A DNA stretch of 64,000 nucleotides from Octopus sinensis (taxonomy: Eukaryota). The stretch lies in contig NC_043005.1 of assembly GCF_006345805.1 (NCBI RefSeq), positions 61,876,001 to 61,940,000 of the forward strand, in the 5' to 3' direction. Each line of letters begins with the position of its first letter. Position 1 is the first letter of the stretch. Below are positions 12,144-23,128 of this stretch, one piece after another. The notes below the pieces were generated by a model. The model was not told the DNA's origin and did no database searches. It worked only from the letters and a program-made list of their open reading frames with translations. Made by a program: the position numbers and the translations under genes.

Positions 12144-12730
12144 TTTCCCTGAGTTGCTGTAGTCTTTTTAGATTTTTTTTCCGTGTTAGTTATTGTGGGT
12201 AGAGAGCATTCAGACCAGCTGGTATCTCTCTTCCACATTTCAGCAGTCTTGACAAATCTCCAGATTTGTCCATCTTCCCGAAGACTGAAGCTTTCCTGTA
12301 GAGCTGAGTTCCTATTCAGGGAAGCCACTACACGTAGCTTCGGACGTACATCAGACGGTAAGCCTGGGCGTGTTCGGAAGGTGGTCCGATTTTCACGCCC
12401 AGCTTTAACTGAGGCCAGATGGTAAGAGGTTGCCTCAGCGTGGTCTGAAAAAGACAGCTTGATGAGCCTAGGTTTTGGGCCAGGTCGTCCAAGGTGGAGA
12501 GCACCCGTTGGGGGAACGCAGCCTAGGTCTTTGGCTGAGTTGGCAGCAAATGCCTGAAGATCAGCCATGTCTTCTGGCACCCCAATGGCAATGACTTCAT
12601 GGGTAGCAGAATCCGCGGTCTTAAATGTGACAAGAGGTACAGGTACAGGTACAGGGAGGTTCTTTAGCAGAGCATTCCGATAAGACCCCTCATTGTGGAG
12701 TCCAACCTGAATGGTTGCTTTTATTCCTGC
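12140..12730 (-). CDS. LINE ORF1, C-terminal part (RRM-like nucleic-acid-binding region)
   Basis: Open frame ending ...TATQGN* just upstream of ORF2. The N-terminal ~40 aa of the track ORF come from flanking (TA)n and unrelated DNA. Confidence 0.75.
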   Translation of the reverse strand, partial: AGIKATIQVGLHNEGSYRNALLKNLPVPVPVPLVTFKTADSATHEVIAIGVPEDMADLQAFAANSAKDLGCVPPTGALHLGRPGPKPRLIKLSFSDHAEATSYHLASVKAGRENRTTFRTRPGLPSDVRPKLRVVASLNRNSALQESFSLREDGQIWRFVKTAEMWKRDTSWSECSLPTITNTEKKSKKTTATQGN

Positions 12731-12769
12731 TACGTATGAATACATGTATATATATATATATATAGCATT

Positions 12770-13800
12770 ACAACTCACCACATGAAGATAATCAAGATTC
12801 TCTTCCACTCTTTTCTTACTATTTACCACACAGGGAACAGAAAATTCCACAGAAACCTACCACAAACACACCAGATAAAATTACCAACGAGGACATATTG
12901 AAGGAATTAAAACAAGTTAACTAAAATCTAGTTATTCTAATTAACAAAATCGATGGATTAAATTACTGTACCCAACAAGCAACTGAAAATGAACAGAGAA
13001 GACAATCTACAAAGAAGGTTAATCAAAATTTGAATGAACTGTGCACAACATTGTGCTCAATTATTGCAAATAATTTTGAAAAAGAATCATCACCAAAATA
13101 CCAAAACCATAATGAAAATATACCAATGTCAACACATTTAATTAAAAGCCACATTAGCCATATTTGGACCAAAAACCTAAATGCTAAAAATTTACTTTTT
13201 GGAGCATGATAAAACATAAGGCAGAAATATATGAAAAATGGACGAACTCAACACCATTACTTCTCCCATGCAAACTAGAGATCAAATCAATCCCAGAAGA
13301 GCCCAAACAACAAAGACAACTTAGGGAGAAATTAGCACTAGAGAAAATGAAAATAGAAATTGAGTTACTTAAACTTACAGCATCAAATAACGAATAAAAA
13401 TATAAACCATTCTTTTCTACTCTAGGCACAAGGCCCAAAATTTAGATTAGATTGACCCCAGTATGCAACTGGTACTTAATTTATTGATCCTGAAAGAGTG
13501 AAAGGCAAAGATGAGAAAACAGTTAATTTCTTCCTTAGTTACAAAACTCAGTTTAAATGAGAATACAGTTCAGATAATTCCTTCCTGAAAACACCTAGAA
13601 CAAATACATATACAGAAAGGAATAAACATCCAACTAGATCAAACTATAAACATCTAAAAGAACACAAACACACAAAACTAACTTCTCTCTTGGAAGTAAA
13701 CCGTTCTCAAACTAGGAATAAAGGCAACTCACAAATATGAAATACTAGAAGAAACCAACCCAAAGTTAAGGGTAATTATTTCTCTCCGGCAATTAGAAAC
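12770..13800 (+). mobile_element. Decayed coding remnant, probably the N-terminal region of a retroelement, interrupted by a SINE fragment
   Basis: A-rich and coding-like, with a coiled-coil-like stretch (EEPKQQRQLREKLALEKMKIEIELLKL). Contains stops and frameshifts and has no splice signals. Family not firmly recognised. Confidence 0.35.
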
Positions 13801-13869
13801 ATCCAGGGAACTACTTCTATCCCTCAATGAAGAAACTCAGCCTACAGAATTCCAGCCTTAAGTCCAACT

Positions 13870-14320
13870 CCTCCTCAAAGTGGTCGGGTGGTGTAAACAG
13901 GCAGTGTCAGAGCTATGCCATCGAGAACTTCGGTTCCTGGTAGGGCCACCCAAGGCAGATTGGTCTGGCACCCAGTGGTATTAGGGCCGCAGCCTGACCA
14001 ATGTGGCTCTGGTGAAAATTCCAAGAGGCATCTGATCGGCAACCAGCAGCTTCGAGGTCATTCTGTCCCTGCATCTGTGGAGACTCCACAGCAAACAGGG
14101 TGTCCCATCACTCGGGATATGCATGCGGGATGTCAGGAACCGCTTGTGAATTCAATATTTCCACGAAACTTCTTCTATGAATCCTATGGAACCATGAATG
14201 ACTCACTATCTCCAGTGACCTTGCACAGGACTGTCAAGTTCGGGTCACCATGGTTCATGATGTTGTCAGGACCAGAGAAGAAGCCGGCTCAACCTGCCCT
14301 GGGTGAACGCTGTCACAAGT
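13870..14320 (+). mobile_element. Probable RTE-clade 5' UTR remnant
   Basis: GC-rich island. ggtagggccacccaaggcagattggtc resembles RTE/BovB 5' regions. Confidence 0.4.
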
Positions 14321-14330
14321 AAGGAAGTAT

Positions 14331-14958
14331 AATATGTTTGGTCTTCACTTCAGCTTTATTATTATTATTTTTGTTTCTTTTGCAGCTGGACAATGAATAC
14401 ATGGCTGTGTGGTAAGATGTTTGCTTCTCAACCACATGGTTCCAGGTCCAGTCCCACTGTGTGGCACCTTGGACAAGTGTCTTCTACAATTGCCTCAGGC
14501 CAACCAAAGCCTGGTGTATTAAGGTGGTAAGCTGGCAGAATTGTTAGCATGCTGGGCAAAATGCTTAGCGGCATTTCGTCCATATTCACGTTCTGAGTTC
14601 AAATTCCACCAAGGTCAACTTTGCTGTTCATCCTTTTGAGGTCAATAAATTAAGTACTAGTGAAACAGTGGGGTCAATGTAATCAACTAGTCCCCTCCCC
14701 AACAAATTTCAGGCCCTGTGCCTTTCATAGAAAGGATTATTTTTACTTCTTTGTCAAAGCTCTTTCATCACACATCCTGTGACCTTCTCAGCAACACTTT
14801 ATCTCACATGTCTCTTCTTGGACTAAATGGACTAAGCAGAACAAAAGGGGACGCATGGGATAAAGAGTCACTGAAGAGGTCACAAGATGTGTGATGAAAG
14901 AACTTTGACAAAGAAATTAAAATGATAATAATAAAGCTGAAGTGAAGACCAAATACAT
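14331..14958. repeat. Foldback element with hammerhead-like motif; left arm split by two SINE insertions (about 14385-14740)
   Basis: 14331-14380 plus 14746-14820 are the reverse complement of 14835-14958. CTGAAGA-gtcaca/tgtgat-GAAA at 14871-14899. Confidence 0.8.
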
Positions 14959-15119
14959 AGCATATGTATTTAATTGGTAAAATATGAACATCACCAAGTG
15001 TAACATTAAAAGTATGAAACATTTCAGCTAAAATGTGATTGAAAGATTATTGAACTGATTTGGACATATGACGCAAATGAGTATTTGGGTGAAATTATGT
15101 TGTATACTAATTAATAAAC

Positions 15120-15698
15120 CAGTGGTTCTCAACCAGTTTTTTACCTATGGATCCCTTTGATTATTACTTTATTCTGGTGGAATTCCCCACCATCACAACC
15201 ACCGTAGCCATTCAATGTTTAAAAATTAGTTTTACAGATACTTCTTTCAAAATTCCTACTATACTTTTCACACATTAACTTGTGTAGGTTGAACTATGTA
15301 AAATGTTAGAGTAGTGATTCCCCAACGTGTGGTCTGTGGACCTCTGGTGGTTCACAAAGTTAGTACTGGGGGTCTGTGAACTAGATTCAAAATTTCATAT
15401 ATATACACACACACACACACACATACATATATATGTACATAAAGATAAGCACACTAAATGGGGTCTGTGAGAAAATTCATTTAAATACAAAGGGTCCTTG
15501 GTAGGGTAAAGATTGAGAACCATTGCATTAAAGAAAGAAAGTTAGCTGTTTCTTGCAATAAATACACCAAAATCAAAATTTTTCATGAACACTTAACATA
15601 CTACTGTAGATTTCCAATTTATAATTTTGCTAGTGTGGGCACCGCAAAATCTTAAATAGAGCTCCAGGCGTCATATGGACCCCAGTTGAGAACCACTG
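15120..15698. mobile_element. hAT-type MITE with a second related MITE nested inside (about 15312-15525)
   Basis: 14-bp TIRs cagtggttctcaac / gttgagaaccactg. Inner element tagtgattccccaac...gattgagaaccattg. Confidence 0.8.
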
Positions 15699-16310
15699 CT
15701 ATAAAGGAAGGGCACTCATGGAAGGGAGAGCTAGGAAACAGAGTTGTAGTGGTGTCACATCTTAGATTCATTGAAGATATTATGGAAAACTTTGAAGGTA
15801 ATATGTTATGAATATATCAGAATGTTGGTGACACTATTGATGGCTGATCTAAGATACCTTTTCTCTTTCTGTATAAAATTAGTATTTGTGTGTCAGTGTG
15901 TGGTAGTAAGAAAGTAATGGTGGTGGTGATGGCAGTGGTTGCAATGGCCGCAGTGGCCATGGTGGCTGTGTTTATTGGGTCAATGGAACATTTCTGATTT
16001 TCCAGCCTTGATATGGTGAGTAAAAGAAAGGAAAATACTGAATGGATTTTTCTATTGCGTTTCTACACCCACAGGTTAACTAAGAGAGAAGCTTCAATGT
16101 GGTCATTCATTCAGCTAGAAATAGCAGCTAAGTCACCTATAAAGCATACATGACCATCTAAAAAAAAAGGGACACAACAGATAATGTAGTCTTAGATATA
16201 ATTTTCATTTTTAATAAAAATGGGATAGTGATGGAAGATTCACTTTTAATCACTTGTAAAAAAAACATACATACATACATGCATCCACCCATCCATCAAT
16301 ACATACATAC

Positions 16311-16936
16311 AGCAGCTGTCCTAATATGTTGTCGCGGTACTACCCCCCTATGTGGCACAATGTTGTTGCTAAAACAATTTACAATGCCATCCACAAAAAA
16401 GACTGTCCTGAAATAAAGTTAGAAAATCCCTCTATTATGGAATACATTCATAAACACCAATTCAAGGAATACTAGTGAAATATTCCCATCAAAACTTCTG
16501 TCAAATGTATACACAGCAGGCTGGATATTGTTGTTTGGGACTGAGGGGCAAAGGTATGTACCATCATAGAGGTCAGCTGCCCTACAGATATATCTGTTTG
16601 AAAATCAAAGAAAAAGAAGATATCTATGGACAACTGCTTTGAAACCTCCAGCTTCTATATCCAGACTATGAATTCTGGAGCACTAGGCTTTGTTAATAAA
16701 TGCTTAAAGGAGAATCTGGATAAACTGGGATTTTCAGAAAGAGAAACTGACTGGCTAATTCATACATTACAAGTGCAATCTGTGAGTGGAACAGTAAAAA
16801 TATTCAAGACTTTTTTCAAGCTCCAAATGTGATTTTGTTTGTGTTAACTACATCCCAGAGATGGGATCTTGTATCTTTGTTGGAAACCGGCTCCCTCCTC
16901 AGGGGAAGATTTATAATAATTAAAAAATAGAAGAGA
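16311..16936 (+). mobile_element. 3' end of a restriction-like-endonuclease LINE (R4/Dong-like)
   Basis: End of the CCHC region (SCPNMLSRYYPPMWHNVVAKTIY), RLE motif (RLDIVVWD...CTIIEVSCP), C-terminus GALGFVNKCL...SVSGTVKIFKTFFKLQM*. Flanked on both sides by (TACA)n. Confidence 0.8.
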
Positions 16937-16945
16937 CATACATAC

Positions 16946-17385
16946 AGGGGCCCTGGGATATGTAACACACTGCTTAAATACCAATTTTGAGAAATTAGGC
17001 ATCTCAAAACCTGAAAGGAGAAAGCCAATTTGAAGACTACAGATCCAGCCCATTACGGGAATTGCTACAGTTTGTAAAACTTTCCAGAAGTTTACCATTT
17101 AAATATATATGAACATGTCTAGATATGCAACTATATGCATGAGAATACATACATAAAATAAAACATACAAATCTGCACACATACATATACATACATACAT
17201 ACATACATACATACATACATACATACATACATACATACATACATACATACATGCATGCATGCATGCATGCATACATACATACACCGTTGTTGATGTTGAA
17301 ATTCCAATGAAGGAGCCTTGAATCTAGGTTAGAAACGGACTCTTTTTCTATTGGCAAGAAATCTTGAAATAAAACTGAACAATGA
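16946..17385 (+). mobile_element. Second, related RLE-LINE 3' end in tandem
   Basis: GALGYVTHCLNTNFEKLGISKPERRK..RLQIQPITG..TVCKTFQKFTI* parallels the first copy. Flanked by catacatac. Confidence 0.75.
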
Positions 17386-17596
17386 CATACATACATCGTA
17401 ATCCTGTGTGGAGGGCAGATGTTATGGTGCAACCATTTTCATGAAGTTCATCATGTACAATGGAATAGGTGCATTCAATTGGGATGTCTTTAGCTGGAGT
17501 TTTGTTACCAACTTTGAAAACAAAAGCTCTTTATGTGCTTGGCTTCCTTCTGTATAGAATGGATAAAATACCTTCAAAGTTTTCCATAATATCTTC

Positions 17597-17995
17597 AGGA
17601 GTGGCTGTGTGGTAAGTAGCTTGCTTACCAACCACATGGTTCCGGGTTCAGTCCCACTGCATGGCACCTTGGGCAAGTGTCTTTTACTATAGTCTCAGGC
17701 CGACCAAAGCCTTGTGAGTGGATTTGGTAGACGGAAACTGAAAGAAGCCTGTCGAATATATACGTATATGTATATATATGTGCGTGTATTTGTGCCTGTG
17801 TTTGTTCCCCCAGCATCGCTTGACAACCGATGCTGGTGTGTTTACGTCCCCGTAATTTGGCGGTTTGGCAAAAGAGACCGATAGAATAAGTACTAAGCTT
17901 ACAAAGAATAAGTCCTGGGGTCGATTTGCTCGAATAAAGGCGGTGCTCCAGCATGGCCACAGTCAAATGACTGAAACAAGTAAAAGAGTAAAAGA
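17597..17995 (+). mobile_element. Young full-length tRNA-derived SINE ('ggctgtgtggtaag' family)
   Basis: Head ggagtggctgtgtggtaag...ccgggttcagtccc, central (TA/TG) tract, tail gactgaaacaagtaaaagagtaaaaga. CpG-rich. Confidence 0.88.
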
Positions 17996-18472
17996 ATCTC
18001 AGTGACCTGAGATCTGGCACCATTATAACTCTGTTTCCTAGCTCTCCCTTCCATGAGTACCCTTCCTTTATAGCAGTGGTTCTCAACTGGGGTCCATATG
18101 ACACCTGGAGCTCCATTTAAGATTTTGCAGTGTCCACACTAGCAAAATAATAAATTGGGAATCTACAGTAGTATGTTAAGTGTTCATGAAAAATTTTGAT
18201 TTTGGTGTATTTATTTACAAGAAACAGCTAAGTTTCTTTCTCTAACACAATGGTTCCCAATCTTTTCCCTACCAAGGACCCTTTTTATTTAAATGAGTTT
18301 TCTCACAGACCCCATTTAGTATGCTTATCTTTATATACATATATATGTATGTGTGTGTGTATATATATATTTTATGCGTACTCCATATGAGCTATCTTTC
18401 ACATAAACAGAGGCAAAAGTTTTATTGCAAACAAGGGTTACAACCGCCATACTTACATCCAATTCTTTCTTA

Positions 18473-18592
<120 letters not shown>

Positions 18593-19005
18593 TCACAAAT
18601 GTCTTGGATTCAAATATATCATAACGCTTCTATGTTTATTTGGAGCACAACACTTTATACAAAAGGTCAATTCTCCCGAGTATTAAGAAAAAATATTGGA
18701 TCACTCATAATAAGGTGAAATAGCTCAACCTAACATGAATCTCACCGGTCTCCGATCTTTAACTACAGCAAACTCACCGGTCCCAGTGAGCCTGCAAAGG
18801 TCATAGGTACTGCCCCTTCCTTCAGACTTTACAAGTGACAAAAGAAAAGTAAAAATTTTATCTACGTCTTTTTCTTCTCTCCGCTCCATTTATTCATGCT
18901 CGTACAAGAATTTGAATCAAGATTTACTTCCCTTACATCACTTGTACAAGTTATGTCCCTTGCATAATTCTAACATTTGCAGCACATTGTTCAATTGTTT
19001 AATAA

Positions 19006-20833
19006 CATTGACCAACATGATATTTGGTGCCAAGCAACAAAATACGTTTTTTTAGCTAATTTGATGGTGCTGATTCTTAGCTTTTCATGGTTAGCTACCA
19101 TTTTTGCTACACTGAAATTACTCATTTTTGGAAAAAAGATCAATTTACGATTTTGGCTGACTGCAAAATTTAGTTTAAAAAAGGTAGTAGGAACCTATAA
19201 ATTTTCAGGTAGGGCGAGTAATTTATGTCAGCCACCTGAAATGAACTATTTTTATAAGAAAAAATGTGTTTTTGAGTCAAAACTTTTTAAATAGAAGTAC
19301 CGAATTTTTCTAATTTATTGCCAAAATTCAAATTAACCGATAAACTTTATCAGTAATACACTTTAGTAAACCTGATAATTAAGGTGACATAAAAAAGATG
19401 AAACCCTAAAATATTCTGTTTGATATTCATAAATTTATCCCATCACTTTTATCCATTCAATACAGAAGGAAATCGAGCACATTAAGAGCTTTTGTTTTCA
19501 CAGTTGGTAACAAAACTCCAGCTAAAGACATCCCAATTGAATGCACCTATTCCATTGTACATAATGAACATCATGAAAATGGTTTCACCATTACATCTAC
19601 CCTCCACGTGGGATTACGAAGATACAAAGTAGAATCAGCTTAACAACTCTTTCCAGCTTTTATTATTGACACCTTTACGAGTCTTTCCGTAGGACATTAA
19701 CAAAGACCTAATGTAAATGCTCAACAACTCATGTTCTTTTTTAATCATAGAGATAGATATCAAATGACATGTCTTCAATGAGAAGATGCAAAAATGATCC
19801 CAACTTATTTTGCTATACATGTAGTGAGTTCACACCAAAAGCCAGCAGGAAACCAATATCTGACTTTTACAAGAAAGCCCATCGTGCTTACTTTCATGTC
19901 GAGCCTGGTGATCAGGACAAATCATAGGCCCCTCGCATTGTTTGCAAGACATGTCTGGAACACATGAGACAGTGGACTTCAGGTACACAAAAATCATGAG
20001 ATTCGCTATTCCTATGATCTGGTGTGAGCCAAAGAACTACTCTGATGAATGTTACTTCTGCTGTCAGTGTTGTGGGACTGAACCAAAAGAAATGCAGATT
20101 TATCGACTATCCCAGTCTTCATTCTGCTATTTGACCAGTGCTACATTCAGATGATTTGCCAATCCCAGTTTTTCATGGAAATTTGTTGAAACTTGTTGAA
20201 AGTGACGAGTCTGATACTGGTGTAAATGAGAGGCACAGTGGATAATTGCGGCAAAGTGAGTTATGAACAAGGAGAATGTTTCCATCGGGATATCAAAACA
20301 ATGGAAGAGCGCTACCAGGGACAGCAGAACAAATGAATGATGGCTGACTACTGCTGGAGTATCAAAAGGGACTTAAATAACATTGAACATGACAGACAAT
20401 CAAGGAAGAGAAAATTTTTACCATAGTTCTTATGTTCACGAAGGTTTTATTTCTGCTGTTAGTTTATCTAATGATTTGATGAAAACACTTGGTCTTGGTA
20501 TATTCAATCGTGATATTTCAAAGACTTAGGGTTTGATTGTTATTGTGAAAATAGTATTTCTCAATAAGCAGACCAATATTTGTTGTTTTAAATATGAATT
20601 GAGAAGTTTCTACAATTTTACTTTGAGAAACATTACCATCAATCAATATCAAATATATAGAAAACAAATGAAAAAAATGCTTTTTTTCCAAAAATGAGTC
20701 ATTTCTGTACAGCAAAAACAGTAGCTAACAAAGAAAAAGTAAGGTCATTTTCAGATTCAGCACCCTTAAATTAGCTTAAAAAGATGTTTGGTGTCTCGAC
20801 ACCATTTCAAAAATTTTTTTTTGTTGGCCAGTG
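19006..20833 (+). mobile_element. Chapaev3-like (CMC) DNA transposon, internally deleted
   Basis: Imperfect TIRs of about 130-150 bp (cattgaccaaca... / ...tgttggccagtg). Transposase remnants FCYT.SEFT, GDQDKS*APRIVCKTC, RFAIPMIWCEPKNYSDECYFC, then SYEQGECFHRDIKTMEERYQG...MMADYCWSIKRD. Confidence 0.8.
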
Positions 20834-22771
20834 TTATTGCTATTTGAGTTCACAAGACAGTTGAACTTGACACTCCCGGTTTTTGTTTTGGCCCAGATCA
20901 AGCTTTGTCGGACAAGACCTAGTATCAGGGGAATTCTAGCCAGGACCATCATCCTTTTATTAAATCTCACTGTAGCCATTATCACATTATTCAATATTTT
21001 AAACAGTAGGAAGATTTAGCTGCTGTCAGGTTGAGCAACAGTGTAGTTATCACCACATTCGATCCTATGCTTTCATTTCAAATTTTCTGTCATTTTATTA
21101 ATCAATTATTTCTAGGTAATCAAAAGTTTCATATTTCAAAATGCTACTATTTTAAAGAAAAAATAATATTTTTAGAGGAACGAGGTTTTCAGAGAATTAT
21201 CAGTAGGAGTAGGGGAAAAAATTAAATTCATGTTATCAAAAATAATTTCAATGGTTCAGATTGTTGTACAGTTTATTTATGTAATATATAGTTAATTGCA
21301 TTCCAATAAGTTAGTCTCTGGTGAAGTAGCAGAGCAAAAACCATAAATTTTCTAGCTGCAAGCTAATGTAGTTCATAACGTAATTGGTTATTCCTTTGTC
21401 ATTCTAATTTCTTATGTAATATATATAATGTGTGTGTGTGAATAAAGAATGTATAATTTTAGGTATGAATATATTTTCACTAATGAGACTGATAGAATAA
21501 GTACTAGGCTTACAAATAAGTCCTAGGGTCGATTTGTCCACCTAAAACCCTTCAAGACATTGTTCCAGCATGGCTGCAATCAAATGACAATAACAATAAA
21601 AGAATATCAGAGAATAAAAAGACCAGTGAAAAAAATAACAAACTATGCTCTTGAGGCAAAGTTCTTTATGATATATAGTCTACACCAAATTACAAACACA
21701 CTTTTCTGTCACTCTCTGCATCACAAATACAGGGAAGCAGTGATAAGCAGAATCTACAGCTAATGATGTTATTGTTCACTGGTTGCCAGATAAAATAAGT
21801 GGTAGAAAGGGAAACTTTTCCATCACAGTTCTATTCACAGCTAGGATGATTTATATTCTGACAAAGTGTACTAGATGTCTTCTTTATGCAGCCACAACCA
21901 TGCCAAATGCTTGTTAGCCTTGGTAAACCTCAATTTCATGTTGTGTCTCTGTTAATAACATCAATGTACATGAATAGTCTTTATCCACCGTCAGGACAAG
22001 GAAGTCTCCAAAATATTACATCCAACATGGTCTTAAATTCATCCAACAGCAATGGCCCAAAAAGCCGATTCAGCATTGAGCAACAATAGTTGAGATGGGT
22101 GGAATCATCATCATCACTTAACATCCATTTTTCCATGCTGGCATGGGCTGGACAGTTTGACCAGAGTTGTGTTGGTTTGTTTATGTCCCTGTAACTTAGA
22201 GGTTCAGCAAGAGAGCCCAATAGAGTAAGTATCAAACTTTAAAAAAATTAAGTACTGATGTTGATTCATTTGACTTAAAACCCTTCAAGGCATTGCTCTC
22301 ACATGGCCACAGCCTAATGGTTGAAACAAGTATAATATAAAAGATAAATAAGATAAGTTCACTTTAAAAAGACATCCCTAATATTTTCAAGTTTTGTTTT
22401 CATCTTTTGGTCAGAATTTAAGGCAATGCCCTTCACCTTTTACAGAGCTATCAAGAAAGGGAGAGAGGAGAGTATCCTCAAGCTGGAGATCTGGTCTGTC
22501 AACATGAAAGAAAGCAGCCTCCACTAAAGGCATCCAAAGTACCAGGTGTTAAACTAGGCAACTGAATAAGTCTACCATTCAAGTAGGCCATAACAGGATT
22601 TGAAACCAAAATGCAAAGGGCTGGAACAAATATGGTGAGGTATCCAAGTGGACAGTTCTACCAATCACCTAGATTGCTACTTTTTCACAAACCCCGCAAA
22701 TTTGACCTCAGAGCATAGAGTGCCAAAAACAAATACTGCAAGATATTCCTCTGACAGGAACGATTCTACCT

Positions 22772-23128
22772 TTGGTGGCGAGTTGGCAGAAACGTTAGCA
22801 CGCCGGGCGAAATGCTTAGCGGTATTTCGCCTGCCGCTACATTCTGAGTTCAAATTCTGCCATGGTTGATATAATCGACTTAATCCGTTTGTCTGTCCTT
22901 GTTTGTTCCCTCTGTGTTTAGCCCCTTATGGGTAGTAAAGAAATAGGTATTTTGTCTGCCACTACATTCTGAGTTCAAATTCCGCTGAGGTTGACTTTGC
23001 CTTTCATCCTTTCAGGGTTGATTAAATAAGTACCAGTTACGCACTGGGGTGATATAATCAACTTAATCCGTTTGTCTCTCCTTGTTTGTCCCCTCTGTGT
23101 GTAGCCCCTTAAGGGCAGTAAAGAAATA
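22772..23128 (+). mobile_element. Dimeric Meta-domain SINE with 16-bp TSD
   Basis: aggaacgattctacct at 22756-22771 and 23129-23144. The internal unit is duplicated. Confidence 0.85.

Larger units (their letters stand above)
9249..12730 (-). mobile_element. CR1/L2-clade LINE, 5'-truncated within ORF1, with (TTA)n 3' tail
   Basis: Contains the ORF1 C-terminal part (HLGRPGPKPRLIKLSF...TATQGN*), APE endonuclease motifs (LSLNARS, TVTETW, GVVYRPP, AGDFNHP, LDLLF, SDH), RT motifs (NYRPVSLTS, YLDFAKAF, SGVPQGSVLGPLLF, YADD) and a CR1-type C-terminus (RPHLEFASSVWNP, TRGH, FFTLRVAEAWNKLP). Tail at 9249-9296. GC content is higher than the flanks. Confidence 0.93.

Noticed and set aside
9525-12425. Plus-strand ORFs overlapping the LINE
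   Set aside because: Antisense shadows of LINE ORF1/ORF2.
17597-17670. tRNA gene candidates at SINE heads
   Set aside because: They are heads of multi-copy SINEs with no complete cloverleaf.
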